This document shows, one piece after another, positions 49,531 through 57,091 of a stretch of DNA of 64,000 nt. Each line of letters opens with the position of its first letter. Positions within the stretch are counted from its first letter, which is position 1. This stretch comes from an uncultured bacterium (lineage in GTDB: Bacteria > Eisenbacteria > RBG-16-71-46 > CAZAMP01). A program made the translations under genes and the position numbers. The notes below the pieces were generated by a model. The model did no database searches, had not been told where the DNA came from, and was given only the letters and a program-made list of their open reading frames with translations. The stretch lies in the NCBI GenBank assembly GCA_964486455.1, contig CAZAMP010000006.1, positions 32,949-96,948 of the forward strand, read 5' to 3'.

Positions 49531-50644
49531 CCACGATGAACACGCGGTCGCCGGCCGTCACCGGGCCGACACGCACCGCGCGGGAAACGTCCAGGGTGGA
49601 GACCTTTCGTTGCTGAGGGATCGAGATGAGCTCGACCGTCGCGGACATTGTCGACACGAGAAGCAGATCGCCCGCCAGTGCGGGAGAGGCACGGCAGGCA
49701 CCGCTCAGGCGCGCGCTCCATTGGATCTCGCCCGATGACGCGGATAGCACATAGAGACGCCCGTTCAACCCCGCGATGTAGAGGTTGTCACCATCCGAAA
49801 CCGGCGCGGCATAGATCCGCGTCGGGAGGTCGCACGTCCACGCCGGCGTCCCGTGTGCATGCGCGAACGCGGTGACCCGTCCTTCGGTACCGCTGACGTA
49901 GACCCGCGCAGAATCCACGGCGCAACCGCCCCGGCTTCCTCCCGGGACGCCTCCCGTCCAGACGCGGCCGCCGTCGACGGCCGAAAGCGCGCGAAGGCTG
50001 TCCGTCTCATCAACCCAGAGGATGACGCCCGCGTGGGCTGTGAGCGCCGAGGGCCAGAGGCCGCCGCCCACGTCGGCCGACCAGATCGTCTCGCCGTCGT
50101 TCACGTCGAGAGCGTGGAGCCGACCTCTCGCGTCGCCGACGAAAAGCGTGTCCCCCCGAATGACACCGGCGCCCCGTGGACGCAGGTCGGTCCGGCGCCA
50201 GGTGCGCTTCCCCGTCTCGATCTCCAGTGCCTGGATCGAGCCGATCGGCACATCATGACCGACGATGACGCGCATATGATCCGTGATGGGTGCGAGGGAC
50301 GGTGCCCCGTCCAGGCGTTTGCGCCAGAGACGCTTCCCGGTTCGGATGTCGACCAGGCGAAGGTGGCGGTCATTCGTCACGACAAAGAGCGAGCTACCCG
50401 CCAGCGCGGGTTCCGCCGCCGGACCGCGCCCCACTCCGGAGCGCCATACAAGATAGAGCGGTGGGCTCAGACGACCGTCCCACCCACCCGAGCGCGCCGG
50501 AGTCGCCCGAAGTTCGGGCCAACCGGGCGACCCCGGGGGCGGCGGCACGGCCGGCGGAGGCGAGCAGGCCGCGAGCGATGCCAGGGCAACCACACCCAGC
50601 AGGACACTTGAGGTTGGTCTGGGCGCCCGCATCAGTAGTCCCAC
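49493..50644 (-). CDS. PQQ-repeat beta-propeller protein (BamB-like fold)
   Basis: Signal peptide/lipobox (LASLAAC) and repeated PQQ-like motifs (e.g. LYIAGLNGRLYVLSASSGEIQW). Confidence 0.55.
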   Translation of the reverse strand: MGLLMRAPRPTSSVLLGVVALASLAACSPPPAVPPPPGSPGWPELRATPARSGGWDGRLSPPLYLVWRSGVGRGPAAEPALAGSSLFVVTNDRHLRLVDIRTGKRLWRKRLDGAPSLAPITDHMRVIVGHDVPIGSIQALEIETGKRTWRRTDLRPRGAGVIRGDTLFVGDARGRLHALDVNDGETIWSADVGGGLWPSALTAHAGVILWVDETDSLRALSAVDGGRVWTGGVPGGSRGGCAVDSARVYVSGTEGRVTAFAHAHGTPAWTCDLPTRIYAAPVSDGDNLYIAGLNGRLYVLSASSGEIQWSARLSGACRASPALAGDLLLVSTMSATVELISIPQQRKVSTLDVSRAVRVGPVTAGDRVFIVDDSGHAYAFESS

Positions 50645-53496
50645 CCAATGAAGAAGTCCGTATGTGTACCCGACTCCACGCTCGTGAAATCTGTCCGCCG
50701 CGCAAAGTCAAGGCGGAACACAAGAAAGCCGCCGAAGCTCATCCTGAATGAAAGACCGAAGCTTCCCAGCGGCGGCCAGTCGACCGACTCGTTGGCGTTC
50801 CACATGAGGCCGGCATCGACGAAGGCCGCGCTCTCGATGCCCGGGAACTCGATCGCGCCGAACGGAAAGCCGATGACAAACCCCTCCACGATCGGAAACC
50901 GATACTCATTGTTGAAGAGCAGTGATCGCGTCGCGAAGAGCTCCCGATACGGGTATCCACGCAGTGAGTGGCTCCCGCCGAGCGTCCAGTAGCGGGGATC
51001 GGAACCGAATGAGAAGCGTCCTTGTAGCCGCGTCGCCCACGTCGATCGCTGGCCCGTCCGGATGTAGCGGCGGTAGTCGCCCACGAGCACCAGCCCTTCC
51101 GTCTCCGCGCGATAGGGGTCGAGTGTCAAACCGATTGCGGCCTTGGCGCGGACGCCATCCACGGGCCCCGTCGGGATCCAGAGCGACGTATCGTGCACCC
51201 AGGAAAATGAATTCGTCGCGAGCCAAGCGCGCCGGTCGATGTCGATGAGCGGATGCCGTTTGTCGGAGTAGATGAGCCCGAGCGACGTCTCGATCCGCTT
51301 GAACTTGGAGAACGGATAGCTCGCGATGAAGCTCACCCCGGCCCGACGCTCGAAGAACGAGAGATCGCGATCATCCAGGAAGTCGCCGGCGTAGTGAAAC
51401 GTGCTCACACCGTAGTTGAGGCGCCGCCGCAGATTGAAGTACGTGACCCCGGCGCTGAACCGCTTGACAAAGCGATCGCTCCGCCCGGACGTGTTGCCGA
51501 GCTGAAGAAAGACGATTTCGTCCCCGAGCATGTCGGTGAGCGCGGCCTGGACCCCTTGAGCATCCGGGAGGTACGGATCGAACGCGACACCGCCTTGCGC
51601 AAAGTCGAGCGTGAAGCGCCGTCGGTATCGATCGGGCTCGGCCCTCCCCTCCTGCCACGCGTCATCCCAACGCCACCCCGCCATCACAGGCGACCCCACA
51701 AGCTCGAACGCCGCCACGGAGTCAGCCGGGATTGGAAGCGAGTAGATCCTGAAGGCGCCGTTGGAGTAGCCCGTGAAGAGTAGCGTCGCGCCGTCCTCGG
51801 TCGGCGAGGGATCCATCCCGCCGCCCAACAGCGTCGTGAGGCGCCGGCCGCGACCCTCCAGATCAACCTCGCACAGATCGGGAAGCCCGTCCCGGGAAGA
51901 CGAGAAGTAGACCTTCTCGCCATCGGCGGAGAAGCGCGGCGCTTCGTCCCGCCATGGGCCGCGCGTGAGATAGCGCAGATTCCTGCTCTCGATCTCCAGA
52001 AGGAAGAGATTGAGGGCTGCATCCCGACCATGCTCGGTCCGATCCGACGCGAACACGATCGTTCGCCCGTCCGGTGAGAAATCCGGATCCACATCCTGAT
52101 ACCGATCATTCGTCAGACGAGTGAGCTCACCGCTCTCCGGCTCGAACATGTAGAGATCGGACTGCGCGTCGACCGTGAGCCCTTGAAAGACGACGCGCCG
52201 CCCGTCGAGCGACCACGCCGGTGAGGTCAACGCCACGAGGTCCCGGAAGCGATATCGGCCGATAACCTCGCGGCGCTTCACGTCGAACACGAAGAGTGCG
52301 TCCTTGTCGTTCCACTTGGAAACAAAGGCGAGCCGTCCATCGGCGGAGACGTCGACCTTGCTCACGAACGGATGAAGCGACTCGAACTCGGCCTGCCGCT
52401 CCCCCTTCACGAGAACCTCGACGTCACGCTCTTCGCCGCCCAGCGAGGCCATGTAGATGTTCGTGTAGCCCGTCCGCGGTGAAACGAAAATGTACTTCCC
52501 CTCTTCCTCCAGGACACCGGACGGGATCTCGACCGGCTTGAAGTTCGCCCCCCCGTTGCCGGCCAGGAGTCGCGCCTCGAGCCCGACGGGATGGCGGTCT
52601 TGCACCATCGGGTAGTAGTTGCGCCGCTCGTACTGGTGCCACTGATCGCTGAGCGTCTCCTCGCTCACACCCGTCACCCATTCGAGCACGTCATTGAAAT
52701 CCTGACTGATCCAGAGGTTCTCGTAGAGCCTTGCGACGGCGTCGGTGCCGTAGGTCTCGGCGATGAAGGTGACGACGCTCTGGCCAAGCTTGTAGAGAGC
52801 GAAGGTTCCGTTGTAACGCCAGAGACCTCTGATCGGCGGGAGACGGCCCGCGATCACAAGATCACTCAGGACCATCTCCCCCTGCGGCATCATCCGTCCG
52901 GAGAGGTAGTCCGCCGTTCCTTCGGTTAGCCAGAGCGGCGGATACGCCATGCCGCGATTGAAGTGCTGCCGGTAGAGCGACGACTGAATCGAAAGCTGGA
53001 ATACGTGCACCAGCTCGTGATGAAGGACGGTGCGGAACTGTGAGTACGACCCGGAGAATGGGATCAGCACGCGCCCCTTCAGCAGCTCGGTGAGCCCGGC
53101 GACGCCTTCGGGGAGAAAGAACGGGATGACGTTGGTCTGCTCGAAGTGCTGGTGGCTGGCGTAGATGATGAGCGGTATCCGACGACGCACCTCGTGACCG
53201 AAAAACGTCGCGAGATCCGTATAGCTCTCTTCCGCCATCGCCAGCGCGTGGCGGGCAAGATCTTCCTCATCCGGATAGAAATAGAGGTCGAAATGCTCGC
53301 CCTTGAGCGCCTGCCACTCGAAGTCCGTGTACTGGACCTTGTTCTTTCCGAACACCGAGAACTGGGCGTGGGCCGTTGCCGCGGCCAGGAGGAGTGTTGC
53401 GATCAGACAGATGGTCAAGAACACGGGCAGCGGCACGCCCGGAATCCGGCCCCCACGCGCGGCCCTGCGCTCCGGATGACACGCGGGTCCGCGCAC
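50632..53496 (-). CDS. Large secreted multidomain protein: HExxH (zincin-like) N-domain, TolB-like WD40 beta-propeller, and C-terminal beta-barrel-like domain ending in aromatic residues
   Basis: HELVHV motif. DFSPDGRTIVFASDR-type TolB repeats. C-terminus ...FFIGWDY. The track ORF start at 53772 overlaps the RNase P RNA, so the start is reassigned to in-frame GTG 53496 (VRGP...RR..., then signal peptide VPLPVFLTICLIATLLLAAATAHA|Q). The exact start is uncertain. Confidence 0.55.
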   Translation of the reverse strand: MRGPACHPERRAARGGRIPGVPLPVFLTICLIATLLLAAATAHAQFSVFGKNKVQYTDFEWQALKGEHFDLYFYPDEEDLARHALAMAEESYTDLATFFGHEVRRRIPLIIYASHQHFEQTNVIPFFLPEGVAGLTELLKGRVLIPFSGSYSQFRTVLHHELVHVFQLSIQSSLYRQHFNRGMAYPPLWLTEGTADYLSGRMMPQGEMVLSDLVIAGRLPPIRGLWRYNGTFALYKLGQSVVTFIAETYGTDAVARLYENLWISQDFNDVLEWVTGVSEETLSDQWHQYERRNYYPMVQDRHPVGLEARLLAGNGGANFKPVEIPSGVLEEEGKYIFVSPRTGYTNIYMASLGGEERDVEVLVKGERQAEFESLHPFVSKVDVSADGRLAFVSKWNDKDALFVFDVKRREVIGRYRFRDLVALTSPAWSLDGRRVVFQGLTVDAQSDLYMFEPESGELTRLTNDRYQDVDPDFSPDGRTIVFASDRTEHGRDAALNLFLLEIESRNLRYLTRGPWRDEAPRFSADGEKVYFSSSRDGLPDLCEVDLEGRGRRLTTLLGGGMDPSPTEDGATLLFTGYSNGAFRIYSLPIPADSVAAFELVGSPVMAGWRWDDAWQEGRAEPDRYRRRFTLDFAQGGVAFDPYLPDAQGVQAALTDMLGDEIVFLQLGNTSGRSDRFVKRFSAGVTYFNLRRRLNYGVSTFHYAGDFLDDRDLSFFERRAGVSFIASYPFSKFKRIETSLGLIYSDKRHPLIDIDRRAWLATNSFSWVHDTSLWIPTGPVDGVRAKAAIGLTLDPYRAETEGLVLVGDYRRYIRTGQRSTWATRLQGRFSFGSDPRYWTLGGSHSLRGYPYRELFATRSLLFNNEYRFPIVEGFVIGFPFGAIEFPGIESAAFVDAGLMWNANESVDWPPLGSFGLSFRMSFGGFLVFRLDFARRTDFTSVESGTHTDFFIGWDY

Positions 53497-53561
53497 GGGA
53501 AGATCGCCCCGGTCGTGCCGAGCGCCGCGTACGGGCCGGAACCACCGGTGCGCATCCGCTG

Positions 53562-53980
53562 TCGAGTGAGTTCGGAAGGAGACCATAAGCCGAGTTCTGT
53601 GGGGCCGAAGCCCTAGCGGCCATTTGTCTGGGGACGCCGTTACCGACGCCCTCGTCGGATCGCCTTTCGACGACCGCGATAGCGACCTACCCGAGGGTTT
53701 AGCGAGGCAGGCGACCTCTTCCCTCCTATTTGGTCTTGCTCCAGGTGGGGTTTGCCGAGCCGCCGAGGTCACCCCCGACGCTGGTGAGCTCTTACCTCAC
53801 CGTTTCACCCTTACCGCCTCCCGAAAGAGACGGCGGTCTGCTCTCTGTTGCACTTTCCGTGGGATCACTCCCCCTGGCCGTTAGCCAGCACCTTGCCTTG
53901 TGGAGCTCGGACTTTCCTCGGGCGCCCCGCCGACCCCATGGGCCGACGATGCGCACGCGACCGCCCAGCCTCCTTCCGAA
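53562..53980 (-). ncRNA. rnpB: RNase P RNA (bacterial type A)
   Basis: Reverse complement contains the universally conserved P4 elements GAGGAAAGUCCGAGCUCCA (rc of 53901-53919) and ACAGAACUCGGCUUAU (3' P4 strand, rc of about 53588-53603). Also GGUAAGGGUGAAACGGUG...GGUAAGAGCUCACC (P10-P12 region) and GCAAACCCCACCUGGAGCAAGACCAAAUAGG. P1 pairing CGGAAGGAG/CUCCUUCCG fixes the approximate ends. Confidence 0.9.
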
Positions 53981-54011
53981 ACCGAATGGCCGGTGAATAC
54001 CGACGGAAGGT

Positions 54012-54431
54012 CTACGGAATCACGCTCTGATGATACCGATCAATCGCGTCATTGGCCAGACGATCGGCGATGGCGTTCCCGCCGCGTTTGACGTGCTCGA
54101 CGGTCGCGTCCGGCAGGCGGCCGAGGAGCCCGGCGGCGCGGGAATGAAGCGGCTTGAGGCCCGCGTTTTTCACCCGGTACTCGCCGGACATCTGCCGCAC
54201 GACGAGCTCGGAATCCATGTGGATCCGAACCTTCACATCCCCGAGGCTCTGCGCGATCAGGAGCGCGGCGATGAGCCCCTGGTATTCCGCCTGATTGTTG
54301 CTGCCCTTGCCCAGGTAGCGCGAATATTCCGCGATCACGTGCCCGTCCGGATCCAGGGCGACGACGCCCACGCCGGACGGCCCGGGGTTGCCGCGCGCGG
54401 CCCCATCCGTATAGATGTCGATGACGCTCAA
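54012..54431 (-). CDS. rnhA: Ribonuclease HI
   Basis: IDIYTDGAARGNPGPSGVGVV...EYQGLIAAL...MDSELVVRQMSGEYRVKN motifs. Start set at TTG 54431 (TTGA overlap with the upstream stop). The track ORF has an artefactual 40-aa extension. Confidence 0.8.
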   Translation of the reverse strand: MSVIDIYTDGAARGNPGPSGVGVVALDPDGHVIAEYSRYLGKGSNNQAEYQGLIAALLIAQSLGDVKVRIHMDSELVVRQMSGEYRVKNAGLKPLHSRAAGLLGRLPDATVEHVKRGGNAIADRLANDAIDRYHQSVIP

Positions 54432-55150
54432 CTGGATGTCCCTTCTTCCCACACGATGATGCGGCCGCAGTTGTCGCACGCGTGGACGCTCTGTCCGTGA
54501 CGAAGGTCGTTGATGATCTGCGGGGTCAGCGACGTAAAACACCCACCGCACGATGCGCCACTGACCGGCGCGACGGCCATCTCCTTCGACGCAGACACCT
54601 GCTCATACCGCCGGGCGAGATCCTTGGGTAGCTCAGCCACCAGATCGGCCGCCGCCGCGTCCAGCCGCGCCAGCTCCCCCCTAGATCGCTCGAGCTCCCC
54701 TTCAAGTTCCGCCTTTCGTGAACTCAGCCGCTCCTCCGAGCGCTTGTAGACACTCTCGGCCTTCGCCACGCGCTCGGAAACCGCGTCCTCCTCCTCGAAC
54801 GTCTGAAGGATCGCGTCCTCATTTTTCGAGATCTTCTCCTTGATGAACTCGATCTGACTGAGCGCCGCGCGATACTCCTCATTCTTCTTGATCATGGGGA
54901 GCTGGTCGTCATACGTCTTCTTCTGCGCGAGGAGGTCCTGGATGCCGGTTTCGAGATCGCGCCGGCGCTTGACGAGCGCGTCCATCTCAGCGTTGGCGTT
55001 CTCCAGAACGCTCTTCTCCTCACCGAACTGGCGCTCCAGACCCTCTATCTCCCGGGGGATGCGCGATAGAACCTGACGCAAGGATTGCCGCTCGCGCTCA
55101 TTTTGGACGAGCAGTCGAAGGGCATCTGTCTGCTCCATGATGACTCCCAT
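54428..55150 (-). CDS. Coiled-coil Zn-ribbon protein (COG1579-like)
   Basis: Long heptad-rich region followed by CGGCF...CDNCGRII C4 zinc ribbon. 240 aa. Family assignment is from memory. Confidence 0.6.
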   Translation of the reverse strand: MGVIMEQTDALRLLVQNERERQSLRQVLSRIPREIEGLERQFGEEKSVLENANAEMDALVKRRRDLETGIQDLLAQKKTYDDQLPMIKKNEEYRAALSQIEFIKEKISKNEDAILQTFEEEDAVSERVAKAESVYKRSEERLSSRKAELEGELERSRGELARLDAAAADLVAELPKDLARRYEQVSASKEMAVAPVSGASCGGCFTSLTPQIINDLRHGQSVHACDNCGRIIVWEEGTSS

Positions 55151-55175
55151 TCACGCACATAGACACCGGCGGGCA

Positions 55176-55208
55176 CAAAAAAACGAGTGCACGGTCGTCG
55201 TGCACTCG
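55176..55208 (-). terminator. Intrinsic terminator downstream of the tRNA pair (minus strand): GAGUGCACG-ACGA-CCGUGCACUCG followed by UUUUUUUG
   Basis: Perfect 9-10 bp GC-rich stem plus a 7-U run, read from the sequence (plus-strand CAAAAAAACGAGTGCACGGTCGTCGTGCACTCG). Confidence 0.75.
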
Positions 55209-55271
55209 GTGCCTAAGCGCGCCCGGTCGTCGCCGGGCGCGCGCATCGCGCCGCCTAGCCGCAAAGCCAAA

Positions 55272-55348
55272 TGGTGGGCGGCACAGGATTTGAACCTGTG
55301 ACCCCTGGCTTGTGATGCCAGTGCTCTAACCAACTGAGCTAGCCGCCC
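55272..55348 (-). tRNA. tRNA-Val (anticodon CAC)
   Basis: rc = GGGCGGCUAGCUCAGUUGGUUAGAGCACUGGCAUCACAAGCCAGGGGUCACAGGUUCAAAUCCUGUGCCGCCCACCA. Cloverleaf with 7-bp acceptor stem, anticodon loop AUCACAA, encoded CCA. Confidence 0.9.
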
Positions 55349-55365
55349 TTCCCTAAGTCGAAGCC

Positions 55366-55441
55366 TGGTGGGCCCACCTGGATTTGAACCAGGGACCAAC
55401 CGGTTATGAGCCGGTGGCTCTGACCGCTGAGCTATGGGCCC
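55366..55441 (-). tRNA. tRNA-Met (anticodon CAU; initiator versus elongator not determined)
   Basis: rc = GGGCCCAUAGCUCAGCGGUCAGAGCCACCGGCUCAUAACCGGUUGGUCCCUGGUUCAAAUCCAGGUGGGCCCACCA. Anticodon loop CUCAUAA. Confidence 0.88.
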
Positions 55442-55722
55442 AGCATCCGTTCCAGCGGTGAGAGACGCTATCACGCGTTTGCGTTATGGTCAAGAAAGCT
55501 GGTGGCGCCCGTCTGGATGTGACGCCCGGACACCGATCGGCCAACGGAAGAGCGGGCAATCAGATGCGGACACGCCCCCGCCCCTGCAATCGGGGATTCG
55601 CGAAACCTCGCGTTCGCGGAACCGCGGCGGGCTATACTGCCACTAGAGAACCCAAGAGATGATATAATGAGTCGCGCCGTGGAATTGTGACTCCCGTTCT
55701 TCGCCTCAGTGGAGGCTCCGTC

Positions 55723-56754
55723 ATGCGATCGATAGCTCCTGTCAGCTTGGCTTTCGTTCTCACGTTCGTTTATCCCCCGCTCTCGGTGGCGTCGACCTAT
55801 GTCGTGGACCCCTCCGGCGGTGGGGATTTTGATGCGATCGGTCACGCGGTGCATGAGGCTGCGAACGGTGACACCATCGAGCTGGCCGACGCAACGTATA
55901 CCGGTTTCCACAATCACGACCTCAACGTCAGCGGCAAGGCGCTGACGATCAAGTCGCAGAGCGGTGATCCGACTGCTTGCATCATCGACTGCGAAGGCTC
56001 GGCTGCGTATCCGCACTATTTCATTGCCATCGAGAAGTCGCCGTGGGAAGAGGCGTTTGTGATCGAGGGGATCTCGGTCACCGGGTCGTATAGTTCGTCG
56101 GTTTCTGGGCTTCCCATGCCGGCCATCCGCCTGCTCGAGACGGGCCCCCTTGTACTGCGATCATGTCGTCTCTATGAGAACGAGGCCCCCGTTGGTGGAG
56201 GGAGATACCCTTCCGTGGCAATCGCCCTCAATACGCCCGGCTTGACCTTTGAGGACTGCCTCGTATGGGGGAACTACGGTGGACCTGCCATCGATGGGAG
56301 TTTTTGCTTCGTGCAGATCATTCGATCAACGATCACTGGGAACCATAGCCCCGGCATCACTGGCGGTGTGTCCCTGAATGACGGAGGCGTGTACGCCGAG
56401 TCATCGATACTCTGGGGCAACTGCGGAGAGATGCCGCCGGCGGGCTACCACCATGCAGATGTTGGCTTGATCGGCACGACCAGCATGGAATTCCACTGTT
56501 CCGTTGTTAAGTACATCCAGTATGGAAACTTCTACTTCCACGACTGCATCTTCAAAGACCCTATCTTCTGTGACCCGGCTGACTGTCAGTCTGGACCGAC
56601 GGGTGATGGCGTCTACACGGTCTCTCGCGACTCCCCCTGCCTGCCCGACAACAACTCGTGCGGCGCGCAGATCGGGGCTCTCGGTGAGGGTTGCGTGATC
56701 GTTCCCACGGCCGCGGCGACATGGGGGCTGGTCAAGGCGCGGTTCAGAGAATGA
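55723..56754 (+). CDS. Secreted right-handed parallel beta-helix repeat protein (pectate-lyase-like fold), function unknown
   Basis: Signal peptide MRSIAPVSLAFVLTFVYPPLSVAS. GGGDFDAIGHAVHEAANGDTIEL... typical of PbH1 beta-helix proteins. Start set at ATG 55723. Confidence 0.55.
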   Translation: MRSIAPVSLAFVLTFVYPPLSVASTYVVDPSGGGDFDAIGHAVHEAANGDTIELADATYTGFHNHDLNVSGKALTIKSQSGDPTACIIDCEGSAAYPHYFIAIEKSPWEEAFVIEGISVTGSYSSSVSGLPMPAIRLLETGPLVLRSCRLYENEAPVGGGRYPSVAIALNTPGLTFEDCLVWGNYGGPAIDGSFCFVQIIRSTITGNHSPGITGGVSLNDGGVYAESSILWGNCGEMPPAGYHHADVGLIGTTSMEFHCSVVKYIQYGNFYFHDCIFKDPIFCDPADCQSGPTGDGVYTVSRDSPCLPDNNSCGAQIGALGEGCVIVPTAAATWGLVKARFRE

Positions 56755-56864
56755 TCGGTCGTCCTCGGAATCCCGTCACGCGTCGCCGCCGAAGCGCCAG
56801 TCAGCGCGCATCCCGAGTGATCACCCCGAAAGCCGCAGCACGTTGGGGTCACATCGATTAGCGG

Positions 56865-56882
56865 TTTGTACCCGGGTACAAA
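56865..56882. repeat. Perfect 18-bp palindrome TTTGTACCCGGGTACAAA (third copy of the TTTGTACCCGGGTA motif), intergenic between convergent genes
   Basis: Read directly. Shares the 14-bp core with copies at 12311 and 12365. Confidence 0.8.
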
Positions 56883-57091
56883 AATGACCTGAAATGCGAA
56901 GCTGATTCACATGATGCGGCTTGAGGATGTGATCGGCTTGACCGTGCGTGCGGTGAAGGGGCTGCCAACGGGCCGACGAGGAGTCACAACTCCGTGGCGG
57001 ATGCCGTTCGGCCAGCCGCCCGGCGGTGCGGTGGTGCGGCGGCAAAGACAGGCTGACGGCGGGCGGAGCGATGCCCCGCCCGCCACTACCT

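Noticed and set aside
50632-53772. Track start (53772) of the 1046-aa ORF
   Set aside because: Its first roughly 70-90 codons overlap the RNase P RNA gene (53562-53980) on the same strand. The start was reassigned to about 53496.
56860-56885. Palindrome downstream of the beta-helix gene as a canonical bidirectional rho-independent terminator
   Set aside because: The hairpin is AT-rich, short (7 bp) and not followed by a U-tract on either strand. It is reported as a recurrent motif instead.
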